This document shows positions 21,138-30,661 of a DNA stretch of 64,000 nucleotides, piece by piece (position 1 is the stretch's first letter; each line of letters begins with the position of its first letter). Origin of the DNA: Promethearchaeota archaeon (GTDB lineage Archaea; Asgardarchaeota; Lokiarchaeia; Sigyniarchaeales; SOKP01); assembly GCA_016839555.1 (NCBI GenBank), contig JAEOUA010000011.1:32001-96000 (forward strand), in the 5' to 3' direction. Made by a program: the position numbers and the translations under genes. The notes under the pieces are model-generated. The model had not been told where the DNA came from, did no database searches, and worked only from the letters and a program-made list of their open reading frames with translations.

Positions 21138-23117
21138 ATGATTCAATCAGAAAATCATTATCCATTTAATAAACTCACACCAATTTCAATTTTTAATATC
21201 AAACTAACTGATTCTTTTTGGACAACACGGCAAGAAATAAATAAAATTGTATCGCTTCCGATGATATTAAAAAAATTAGAAAAGGATAATCATATAAATA
21301 ATTTCCGTGTTGCTGCGGGGATAAAAGAAGGAATTCATTTAGGAGACTTTTATTTTGATTCAGATTTATATAAATGGTTAGAAGGGGCATTTTATTTTTC
21401 GAGGTTTCAATTACCCACAAATCTACAAGAAAAAATCAAAGAGATAGTTAATTTAATAGAAAATGCTCAACTTAATGATGGTTATTTAAATACATATTAT
21501 TCCACTAAATTTTTATCGAAAAGATTTACAAATTTATTAATTTTTCATGAATTATATTGCGCAGGTCATCTTTTTGAAGCGGCAGTAGCACAATATGAAA
21601 TGAAGAAGGATTCAAAATTATTACAAGTTGCTATACGATTTGCTGATCTTTTAGTAAAAAAAATTCTTCTAACTGAGACGAAAGACACTTCTGGTCATCC
21701 TGAAATTGAAATGGCGCTTATCAAATTGTATAGATATACAAAAAATGAAAAATATCTAAAACTATGTAAACATCTTATTGATATGAGGGGAAATATCCCC
21801 CATTTTAAGACATATGTTATGAGGAGATTAATTGACGCTCTAAAAACCTTTAATCAAGCAAAAAGAATTAAAAACAACTTCATCAATCAATCTGAGTTAG
21901 ATGAACTTCCAAATGAAGAAACTGCTGAATTTTTAGAGGGTTTTGCAATAAAAGACTGGATGACTTTCCTTCAAGCTAATTTAAATGGAAAGATGTATCA
22001 ATTAAATAAACCCGTCCGGGATGTTTATGAACCGGTGGGACATACTGTTAGAGCATTGTATCTTTATTCTGGTATTGCTGATCTATATTCTCAAATTGGA
22101 GAGAGAGCCTTACTTCATTCACTTGAATTAATTTGGCTAAAAATGGTAAAGGCAAGGATGTACATTACAGGAGGAGTGGGATCAATCAGTCCAACAGAAG
22201 GATTTGATAAAGATTTTAAATTAGAAGCAGAAGATTCATATTCTGAGACATGTGCCGCAATTGCTAATATTATGTGGAATTGGAGAATGTTTCTAATTAC
22301 TGCCAATGGCAAATATACGGATTTAATTGAGAGGCTTATATATAATGCCATGCTTGTGGGTCAATCTTTTGATGGAAAAAAATATTTTTATTCAAATCCT
22401 CTTATTTCTCAAGGAACTGATGAGCGAAAAGAATGGTTTAAATGTCCATGCTGCCCCACTAATTTTATTAGAATGATCCCTACTCTAGAACAATATATCT
22501 ATGCAAAGTCAGAAGAGGAGATTTGGATAAATCAATATATTGGATCTGAAGCAAAAATACATTTAAAGAATGGTGCAGAAGTTATTTTGAATCAAAAAAG
22601 TCGCTTTCCTTGGGAAGGTGAGGTTAATCTTCAAATATCTTTAAATAATAATTCCATATTTTCAATATACCTTAGAATGCCTAACTGGTGCGAAATTAAT
22701 GAAACAGAGATTTATATAAATGACAATAAATATAAGCAGAATCAACCAACTAAAAATTATTTAAAAATCCAAAAACAATGGGTAAATGGAGATCAAATTA
22801 AGCTCATATTCAAAATGAAACCTAAATTAATACAAAGAAATCCTAATATAACAAAAACGAAGGAAGAGTTAGCTATTTCCTATGGACCCTTAATTTACTG
22901 CTTGGAACAAAAAGATAATAAGAAAATAGATATTATGAAAGCTCAAATAGCAAAAAAATCCGAATTAAAAGTAGAAAAAAGTTCTAAATTTATTAATGAT
23001 ATGGCAGCTATAAAAGGAAAATTGAATACTGGAGAAACCTTTACGGCGATCCCCTATTTTGCATGGGGGAATCGGGGTCCAAATAAAATGAGAGTATGGC
23101 TGGAAATTGAGGAATAA
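21138..23117 (+). CDS. Glycoside hydrolase family 127 (beta-L-arabinofuranosidase-like)
   Basis: FDSDLYKWLE, HELYCAGH, GHTVRA, YSETCAA, CPCCPTN and AIPYFAWGNRG motifs. Confidence 0.92.
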   Translation: MIQSENHYPFNKLTPISIFNIKLTDSFWTTRQEINKIVSLPMILKKLEKDNHINNFRVAAGIKEGIHLGDFYFDSDLYKWLEGAFYFSRFQLPTNLQEKIKEIVNLIENAQLNDGYLNTYYSTKFLSKRFTNLLIFHELYCAGHLFEAAVAQYEMKKDSKLLQVAIRFADLLVKKILLTETKDTSGHPEIEMALIKLYRYTKNEKYLKLCKHLIDMRGNIPHFKTYVMRRLIDALKTFNQAKRIKNNFINQSELDELPNEETAEFLEGFAIKDWMTFLQANLNGKMYQLNKPVRDVYEPVGHTVRALYLYSGIADLYSQIGERALLHSLELIWLKMVKARMYITGGVGSISPTEGFDKDFKLEAEDSYSETCAAIANIMWNWRMFLITANGKYTDLIERLIYNAMLVGQSFDGKKYFYSNPLISQGTDERKEWFKCPCCPTNFIRMIPTLEQYIYAKSEEEIWINQYIGSEAKIHLKNGAEVILNQKSRFPWEGEVNLQISLNNNSIFSIYLRMPNWCEINETEIYINDNKYKQNQPTKNYLKIQKQWVNGDQIKLIFKMKPKLIQRNPNITKTKEELAISYGPLIYCLEQKDNKKIDIMKAQIAKKSELKVEKSSKFINDMAAIKGKLNTGETFTAIPYFAWGNRGPNKMRVWLEIEE

Positions 23118-23144
23118 AATTTCTCTAAATACCTCAAGATAAAT

Positions 23145-23681
23145 TTATTTATTCTTTTCATTAAAAGGTTTAAATTTCTCGAGTAACAGGCCTGTAATGA
23201 GTTTAAATGCTTCCTCCACATTCTCTCCTGTTTTTGATGAAAGCTCAATATAACCTGCTAAATTATATTTTGAGGCTGCTTTTTTACCTTCTTCTCGAGA
23301 TACATTTCGTTCTTCATCTAAATCGAGTTTGGAACCAATTAACACGATGGGAATATCTCCTTCACTTTTTCGTATAATACTTATCCACTCAGGTAAATGT
23401 TCTAATGTAATTGGTTTTGTGATATCATATAAAAAAAACGCAGAGTTGGCCCCTTTGCAATATTTTGGCAAAAGAAATCTGAAGCGCTTTTCACCTGCAA
23501 AATCCCAAATTTGGAGCCGGACTCTTTTGTCTTCATAGAGAAGAGTTTTATTATAAAAGTCAACACCTATTGTTAACCTTAAATCCTCTAAAAATGAGCC
23601 AGAAATATACTTTATAGTAAGAGATGTTTTTCCTGTAGTACTATCTCCTAAAATTAAATGTTTGAAACGATAATCTTCCAT
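23145..23681 (-). CDS. Rab-like small GTPase (eukaryotic signature protein)
   Basis: G1 GDSTTGKTS; TIGVDF; RLQIWDFAGE; YDIT; G4 SKLD; G5 ELSSK. ATG at 23681 preferred. Confidence 0.92.
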   Translation of the reverse strand: MEDYRFKHLILGDSTTGKTSLTIKYISGSFLEDLRLTIGVDFYNKTLLYEDKRVRLQIWDFAGEKRFRFLLPKYCKGANSAFFLYDITKPITLEHLPEWISIIRKSEGDIPIVLIGSKLDLDEERNVSREEGKKAASKYNLAGYIELSSKTGENVEEAFKLITGLLLEKFKPFNEKNK

Positions 23682-23852
23682 ACTTTTCTTATTATTTTTG
23701 TTTTTACAAGTATATTCTTTTAAATTTTTTAACAACTAAAAAAATATTAGAGATTTTTTTACCAACCATTCAATATAATATAATAGAAATATATATTAAT
23801 TTATTATTGACATAAATTTAAAATTCATTATTTTATTTTTAAAAAATTTTTT

Positions 23853-24521
23853 CTAAAAAATGATTAATAATATATTATAGAAGCCGTGGCATATAATAAC
23901 AATAATTAAAGATTTACGGAATGATAGAAAGATTAATGAGATGATTATTCCTAAGGAAAAATAATAACCAAAATATGTAATTACAGTAGAGATGGGGACT
24001 AAAAATGGAGGAGTATGATATAATGCAAAAATTATGGAAGAAATTATAATACTCGCTCCATACTTAATCTTTTTTTTTAATTTCAAAATTAGAAAGCTCC
24101 GAAAGAAAGCTTCTTCTGATAATGCTACAATGGTTAGCTGTAAAATAATTAAAATAATTACTTGAAGCAAATTGGGTTGCAACACTTCAGTTGATATAGC
24201 ATTAATTTCTGCTTCGCTAACAAAACGTTTTCCAAATAAAATTTCTATTATCACACGAAAAAAGAGAAAAATATATGCCCCTATTAAAAATAAGACTGTT
24301 CCTAAAATCAAACCGATAATAATTTTTAATACTATTTTTAGAACAAAATCTTTAGATAATTTATATCTCTCTGGGTTTAAGAGTAAAATATTTTTAAGTT
24401 GTGTTCTAAGAGATGTTTTTTCAATCTTTGCTGTAATAAAAGCGGGAATGAAAATATATAATAATTCAAGGGGAGTTAATAAGATTAAAATCCATGGATT
24501 TTCTCCAAGTTGAATAGTCAT
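23853..24521 (-). CDS. CPBP/Abi (Rce1-like) intramembrane metalloprotease
   Basis: SEEAFFR, FALYH and HGFYN motifs intact; multiple TM segments. Confidence 0.88.
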   Translation of the reverse strand: MTIQLGENPWILILLTPLELLYIFIPAFITAKIEKTSLRTQLKNILLLNPERYKLSKDFVLKIVLKIIIGLILGTVLFLIGAYIFLFFRVIIEILFGKRFVSEAEINAISTEVLQPNLLQVIILIILQLTIVALSEEAFFRSFLILKLKKKIKYGASIIISSIIFALYHTPPFLVPISTVITYFGYYFSLGIIISLIFLSFRKSLIIVIICHGFYNILLIIF

Positions 24522-24596
24522 TGTTATATTAAATTTAATGATAATAAATCAAAAAATCAAATAACCCATATGTATTTTTAAAAAAGATAATTTTAT

Positions 24597-25886
24597 TTGT
24601 ATTTAATGCTTTTAGGAGGAAAAAATTTCAGTAAAAAAGAGGAGTTTGTATCTCAATCAGAAGATCACAGAATTCAAAAGAAATTAGGATTAACTAAGGA
24701 AGAACTTTTATCAAAACATTTAAAAAATCTTGCATCTGAATGTAATGAAATCGAATCTTTAAAAAAGAAATTTGTTAATCTACTGATAAAACACGCAGAA
24801 GAATTAAATTTTAACAAATTTATAGAAAATCCGAATTACCATATCAAGGAAGGAGTTCTAAAAAAACAGGTAGAACCATCAAATATTAGAGGACTCAATG
24901 TTGTGAGTATTGACGGTAGTTCCGTGATCAAACGGTTTATGAATATTGACTTTTCTTTTTTAAAAGCCATAGCGGTAAAATATTATTTTCATAAGAATGA
25001 AGAGGCAAAAATTGAATATTTTCCAGATTTAAATGGATTTAACAATTATAACATCAAAGGAAACTTTATTAGTAAGAATGAGCGATATATAGAAGCAAAT
25101 ACCTCCTTAGATATGAATTTCATGGAAATTAAACTATTAAATAATTATATCCAACAATCTTCAGATATTGATATGATTATAATTGATGGTTCTGTGGTTG
25201 TGATGCCTATTAATTTAATCTTTTCTAAAGATCCCTTAATAAGTTATAAATATGACAATCTTTTAAAAGAATATCATAAATTATATGAAAATTGTCAAGA
25301 GAATCGAATAATTTTAATAGGCTCTATAAAAGACACCAGAACGTCAGCATTAAGCCATTTAATTAGAGACACAATACAATATTTAAAGCCAAATCATAAC
25401 CATTTAAGCGATTTTATTAAGATTAATTATCGTCAAATATTTAATTATTTCTCAGATTTAGATTTGTATAATCGTTTATTAAAAAAATATGAAAGAAGTT
25501 GTATCTTTAAATGTAAAAGAGAAATTGATAAAATTCGAGATACAGGAATTAAAAAAGAGATTCCCTATTATTTTCCTTTAGCATTTTATGCCTTTTATTT
25601 AAAGACAGCGAAATATGATTTACCATGTAGAATAGAATTTTTTATGGATGAACATCATAATTTTTCGGAAGCTTCAAGAAAAGCAGATTTAATATCTTCA
25701 ATTCTATTACCCATTTCCTCTTTAAATGAGCATTATGGTCTTCCTATTCCACAAATTGAAGCTCATAGACGAGCGGTATTCAAACCTCAAGAGGTTAATT
25801 TACTATTTAATTCTCTCCATCGTAAATTGAATAATTACGGAATAAATTTAGTAGAAAAAAGAAGAAATAGAAGACCTTTTAAATGA
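24597..25886 (+). CDS. nurA: NurA family 5'-3' nuclease
   Basis: SIDGS, IIIDGS, GSIKD and YGLPIPQIEAH motifs; start codon uncertain. Confidence 0.8.
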   Translation: MYLMLLGGKNFSKKEEFVSQSEDHRIQKKLGLTKEELLSKHLKNLASECNEIESLKKKFVNLLIKHAEELNFNKFIENPNYHIKEGVLKKQVEPSNIRGLNVVSIDGSSVIKRFMNIDFSFLKAIAVKYYFHKNEEAKIEYFPDLNGFNNYNIKGNFISKNERYIEANTSLDMNFMEIKLLNNYIQQSSDIDMIIIDGSVVVMPINLIFSKDPLISYKYDNLLKEYHKLYENCQENRIILIGSIKDTRTSALSHLIRDTIQYLKPNHNHLSDFIKINYRQIFNYFSDLDLYNRLLKKYERSCIFKCKREIDKIRDTGIKKEIPYYFPLAFYAFYLKTAKYDLPCRIEFFMDEHHNFSEASRKADLISSILLPISSLNEHYGLPIPQIEAHRRAVFKPQEVNLLFNSLHRKLNNYGINLVEKRRNRRPFK

Positions 25887-26547
25887 AAGGAATTTTGAGC
25901 TTGTTTAAAATAATATCTTCAAAAAAGATATGCTTTTTTCTCAGAATCTTATTTTTAAACCCTCTTTTTTTTATAAATTTATTTAATAAATCCAAATCCA
26001 TTCTAGTTGATGTTATATAATATATACATGAATTTGGATTATTATTTAAATAAATTGGAGCAAATTGAAGAAATTTTTTTAAAAGTTCGTATCCTTTTGG
26101 TCCACCATCCCAATTAGTGTCTTTTTTACTGAGAGAATATTTTTCCTTTATATCGAATGAGGGCAAATATGGAGGATTAAAAATCATTATATCAAAAGTG
26201 TTTTTTAGAGAATTTGGGAAAGAGTTAAATAGATCTGAATGAATATATTTTATACTATTTTCAAGATTATTTTCATTTTCATTCATTTTGGCACAATCAA
26301 TTGCCACTTTTAAAATGTCTGAAGCAAATATTTGAATATTAAACTTTTGCTTTTCTTTTATTAATAATGCGAAAAATATAGCAATAATTCCTGTTCCCGT
26401 TCCCATATCAAGGATATTTTTAACATTTTCAAGCGCAGTTTTATTAATAAAAATTTCTTTAAAATAATCCAGAAGAAGATAAGTATCTTCAGAAGGACTA
26501 TAGACATCTTTAGTGATGTATTTTATAATAGGATCTTGAAAATTCAT
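25879..26547 (-). CDS. HemK2/PrmC-type protein glutamine methyltransferase
   Basis: VYSPSEDTYLL, LDMGTGTG, FNPPY and WDGG motifs. Confidence 0.9.
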   Translation of the reverse strand: MNFQDPIIKYITKDVYSPSEDTYLLLDYFKEIFINKTALENVKNILDMGTGTGIIAIFFALLIKEKQKFNIQIFASDILKVAIDCAKMNENENNLENSIKYIHSDLFNSFPNSLKNTFDIMIFNPPYLPSFDIKEKYSLSKKDTNWDGGPKGYELLKKFLQFAPIYLNNNPNSCIYYITSTRMDLDLLNKFIKKRGFKNKILRKKHIFFEDIILNKLKIPFI

Positions 26548-26548
26548 C

Positions 26549-27409
26549 TTAATGGTTATATTGTTTTATTAAATCAAATGTTATTTCAGCTAAAGGAGGA
26601 AATTCCTCAAAATTAAATTGAGATAGTTTTTTATTTTGAATATTATTATATTCTAAATGCCCGTTAATTGCTCGTTTTTGAATATTAAGTTTTGGATATT
26701 GATTTTTTAAAAATAATTCTATGGCATTTATTATATTTTTATTTTTATAAGGCATTATTCCAGCAATAAATTCGAGGAAAAATTGTTGTTTTGAATCTTG
26801 GGTTAAAAAAGGATGAATGGAAGCTTTAGGTCTAATTTTAATTAATGAAAGTTTAATATTTGGTCTTGGATAAAACGCATTTTGAGGGATATTCAGCTGT
26901 GTAATAGGTTGCATGAAAGAATTGACTGTGACTGAAATTCGAGAAAAGTTTTTATAATTTTTTTTAGCAAAGATTCTATCTGCGATTTTTTTTTCAATAA
27001 TTAAAATTCCTTCTGGTGGATTGGAGTGAAAAAAAATTTTCTCAAAAAGTGGTCCAGTAATAGAATAGGGGGGATTTGATACAACTTTGTGATGCGGTGG
27101 TAATTCTGCTTTCAGAACATCTTTTTTTATTAGTTCAATATTGGGTACTTTTGTATATTTCCTTTTCAGGTATTTATAAAGAATAGGATCTAGTTCATAG
27201 GCATAAATCACTTTTGCTTTTTGAATGAGTTGATCAGTTAGAGTTCCTAATCCAGCTCCAATTTCCAAAACAATATCATTCTTAGAAAGATTAGATAATG
27301 TAATTATTTTCTTTAAAATGTATTCGTCAATTAAAAAATTTTGGCCTAATCTTTTTTTAGGAATGAAGTTTTTTTGGGCAAAAAGAAGCTCAATTTCTTC
27401 TTTATTCAT
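26549..27409 (-). CDS. rsmA: 16S rRNA adenine dimethyltransferase RsmA/KsgA
   Basis: LGQNFL, VLEIGAGLG and VSNPPY motifs. Confidence 0.94.
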   Translation of the reverse strand: MNKEEIELLFAQKNFIPKKRLGQNFLIDEYILKKIITLSNLSKNDIVLEIGAGLGTLTDQLIQKAKVIYAYELDPILYKYLKRKYTKVPNIELIKKDVLKAELPPHHKVVSNPPYSITGPLFEKIFFHSNPPEGILIIEKKIADRIFAKKNYKNFSRISVTVNSFMQPITQLNIPQNAFYPRPNIKLSLIKIRPKASIHPFLTQDSKQQFFLEFIAGIMPYKNKNIINAIELFLKNQYPKLNIQKRAINGHLEYNNIQNKKLSQFNFEEFPPLAEITFDLIKQYNH

Positions 27410-27423
27410 CGTAAATAAAAAAT

Positions 27424-28086
27424 CTACTCATATCTTTTCGTTTTACTAAACAAATAGTATTTTATCCCTTCTCTTTGTAATTCTTTAATAATCCTTAAAG
27501 CAATTTGTTTTGCGGGATTTGAAATACTTGTTCGATCAGAAATATCTTGAAAAGTGACAAACTCAACTTTTCTCGATTCAAGAATTTCCCACATATGCTT
27601 TTGACCTATTCCTGGAATTAATTTCAGTGCATGCAAACGGGGTGTAATTGATGTTGATTTATTAAAGAAGGTAATGAACATTTCTTCATAATTTTGAATT
27701 TCCTTTTCTAATAATGGTTGGATTAAAGCTTTTGAAGTATTAGTCAAGTCATCGTAATCAATCTTTCTCAAAACTTTCCCAAGTTTATTATTATTTAGAA
27801 AATTTTCATATATATCTTTTTCTTGGACTTTAATATCAGATTCTCTATTAAATTCTACTTCATAGAGTACAAAATCAGGAAAAGTTAAAACTTGGGCCAG
27901 AGGTTTTTTTGCCCAGCTGGGCTTTGTATCATCTAAATGCCCATGCGGCAAGAGATCTAATATAATTACTTCTCGTTCTCTCTTTATAAATTGTTTTTTC
28001 TTGTAAGGTTTTTTTCTTCGATAGGATCCATTGTATGGTCTTCGATTTCTTCGATCTCTTGATCTTCTCGGGTCCATTTTTATCAA
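27424..28086 (-). CDS. DUF655 family putative RNA-binding protein
   Basis: ILDLLPHG, ITPRLHAL.LIPGIG.K and KYYLF motifs; canonical position between rpo4 and rsmA. Confidence 0.88.
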   Translation of the reverse strand: MIKMDPRRSRDRRNRRPYNGSYRRKKPYKKKQFIKREREVIILDLLPHGHLDDTKPSWAKKPLAQVLTFPDFVLYEVEFNRESDIKVQEKDIYENFLNNNKLGKVLRKIDYDDLTNTSKALIQPLLEKEIQNYEEMFITFFNKSTSITPRLHALKLIPGIGQKHMWEILESRKVEFVTFQDISDRTSISNPAKQIALRIIKELQREGIKYYLFSKTKRYE

Positions 28087-28265
28087 TAATATACAATTTA
28101 TTTATAAAATTCATATATCAATTTTATTTGTATAAAATTCAATATTAAATTAGGAAATCATTTAAAAAATAACTTTAAACTAATTTATTTCTCAATATTA
28201 GAAATATATGAAATTATACTTAAAAATTATATACTCAACTTATGACTACTTTCAAGGGATTATCC

Positions 28266-28628
28266 TTAACCCTTAATTTCCTCGATTGTATAAAGAATTT
28301 CTTGAAGTTGCTCGTCAACTAGACTTTTACCAAACGCACTTTTCTCTAGAATCATTCGAAGTTCTGGCACAGTTTTTGGATCAATATTCACTATATTTAT
28401 AGCATATAAATCTTCAATTTCATATTTATTGATGAGAATTTCCTTTATTTTAATTGCATCTTTATGAGACATTTTCGAAAAAGTATTGACATAATCATAA
28501 GTAATTTCTTGGAAATGAGACATTCCTGCTTCCTCATCTATCTCCTCCATTTTTTCCTTTACATTTTCCATAATTTTTTTTACTTCCGGAATAGAAACCG
28601 ATTTTTCCCCTTTCCTCTCGTCTACCAT
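28266..28628 (-). CDS. rpo4: RNA polymerase subunit Rpo4 (F)
   Basis: VSIPEVK, TYDYVNTFSK and IVNIDP..ELR.IL motifs; synteny. Confidence 0.88.
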   Translation of the reverse strand: MVDERKGEKSVSIPEVKKIMENVKEKMEEIDEEAGMSHFQEITYDYVNTFSKMSHKDAIKIKEILINKYEIEDLYAINIVNIDPKTVPELRMILEKSAFGKSLVDEQLQEILYTIEEIKG

Positions 28629-28659
28629 ATATAATTACCCTTATTATTTGCTTTTATTT

Positions 28660-28965
28660 TCAAGTTGATTTGATATTTAAACCGCGTAAATGTTCTTTCC
28701 CAATTATTAACATTTTCTTTGACTTTCCCAAGGAAACTTCTACTTCATAACATCTTCCCCGCATTCCTATAATGGTTCCTGTCTTCCCATAATAGCGGCG
28801 ATGCGGTAATCCACGCTTATGTTGTGCGGGATCTCCAATAATCGCAACTTTTTCACCGATTTCATAATCAATTAAATACTTATCAATCGGATTTTGACCG
28901 CGCATTCGGGGAGATTTTCGATAAACTGATCTCGTCTTGCCACGATAACCCTTGTGTAAAGCCAT
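28660..28965 (-). CDS. rpl21e: 50S ribosomal protein L21e (eL21)
   Basis: KGYRGKTR and GLPHRRYYGKTG motifs. Confidence 0.95.
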   Translation of the reverse strand: MALHKGYRGKTRSVYRKSPRMRGQNPIDKYLIDYEIGEKVAIIGDPAQHKRGLPHRRYYGKTGTIIGMRGRCYEVEVSLGKSKKMLIIGKEHLRGLNIKST

Positions 28966-29296
28966 TTTGAGCACAATCTTGTACTTTTTTTTACTATCTT
29001 TTTTAATTAATTATGGTTTTTTTACTTTTTGGTTTTTATTATAATCTTTTTTATTCCTGGTTTGATTTGTGATTTCAAGGTCTAATTTTTAATTGTGATT
29101 ACTTCAGTAGAAGGGTCTGTTATTATACTCTTTTAACCTTTAGATATATTCCATTAGAGGCTTATGATTATTTGATTTAGGTATTACTATATTATTGTCA
29201 TTTAAAAAATTCTTAAACACCATACAGAATAATTTAGTTTGTAAATAAATGTGCAAAATAATAAATTTTATATTTTTTAGTTTGAAGAATATAAAC

Positions 29297-30559
29297 ATGA
29301 AAAAAATAACTGGAGTAGATATCTTAGAGGACGAAATTAAAGAGAACTTAACGACACGAAATATTTATGAAATTTTTAATAATTTCATTATTCCTCTTAT
29401 CAGTGAAGAAGAACGAGATTTTTTAGAGAATGTTGAGGATTTTTTAATCAAAAAATTAGAGCCAAAAATAGATCTTAATAAGGATGTATATCCTCTTTTT
29501 CCTATTTTAGGGAAGAAAAATTATATTCAAAGATTAAATCAATACGGAGATACAGAGAGATTTGGGATGCGATATGAGATGCTATTAGCAATGGCGACCT
29601 CCATCATGGACCCAGAACTTGATTTAGCACGAGTAGTTTCAGGAGACATTTTTGCAAATCCTTTATTCCTGCATGGAAAAGGAGAACATATAGCTGAAGT
29701 TTTGGATAATGTAATGTCTGGTGAAAAAATTGGGTGTCTTTGTATTACTGAGAGAGAACACGGTTGCGATGCGGTAAATATGCAAACTACCATAGAAGAA
29801 TATGAAGATCATCTCATTCTCAACGGAGAAAAGGTTTATACTTCCAATGGTCCTATTGGAGACTATTTTCTGGTATTTGGAGTGTCCAATAAAAATGATC
29901 CTCGTGGTTCCATGTATCAAATTATAGCTGAGCGAGAAATGGAAGGAATCGAGGTCAATCGATTAGGCATTCAATCTATCCCTAGAGTTCAGGTAGGTCA
30001 GACAATATTCAATTCGGTAAAGATTCCAAAACAAAATGTTCTCGCAGCAAGAGGGCAAGGGTATAAGAATCTTTTTTCGGGATTAGTAGCGGAAAGAGAT
30101 GCGATAATAGGCTCAAGTCTGGGGATCGGTTGGTTGACAGCTATCACAGCATTGATATATACTAACCTTCATACACAATTTGGAAGACCAATTTATGATT
30201 TTCAAGCAGTCTCCTTTCCTATTGCAAAATTATTTACAGAACTTATGGCTGCCACGGAACTGGGATTTAAATCAGCATCGGAATATAGAAAAACTTTAAA
30301 ATATAGTGATCCAAAATTTATTAAATATAATGCCGCATTCAGCTCGGGAACAAAATTTCTTGCGTCAAATCTAGCCTATAAAATATCATACGAAACCCAA
30401 CAATTATGTGGAGGTATTGCATTTACAGATAATCTTCGTATTGATAAAGCGCTTGAAGTCTCTAAAGTTCAAGAAATCATTGGAGGTGCACGAAATATTC
30501 AATTATATTTAGTAAGCCGTGGAATAAGAGATATTGTGAAAAGATTAGCACTGCTTTAA
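29297..30559 (+). CDS. Acyl-CoA dehydrogenase family protein
   Basis: CITEREHGCD, LNGEKVYTSNG, QFGRPI..FQ, QLCGG and IIGGA..IQ motifs. Confidence 0.9.
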   Translation: MKKITGVDILEDEIKENLTTRNIYEIFNNFIIPLISEEERDFLENVEDFLIKKLEPKIDLNKDVYPLFPILGKKNYIQRLNQYGDTERFGMRYEMLLAMATSIMDPELDLARVVSGDIFANPLFLHGKGEHIAEVLDNVMSGEKIGCLCITEREHGCDAVNMQTTIEEYEDHLILNGEKVYTSNGPIGDYFLVFGVSNKNDPRGSMYQIIAEREMEGIEVNRLGIQSIPRVQVGQTIFNSVKIPKQNVLAARGQGYKNLFSGLVAERDAIIGSSLGIGWLTAITALIYTNLHTQFGRPIYDFQAVSFPIAKLFTELMAATELGFKSASEYRKTLKYSDPKFIKYNAAFSSGTKFLASNLAYKISYETQQLCGGIAFTDNLRIDKALEVSKVQEIIGGARNIQLYLVSRGIRDIVKRLALL

Positions 30560-30661
30560 CATCTTTATTTGAAATTATAACTTATATGATAAGTGAATTT
30601 ACGATTCTTGGGAAAATTTTTAGTGTTAAGATTAATAACTTCATGCGACATTTGGTATTCG

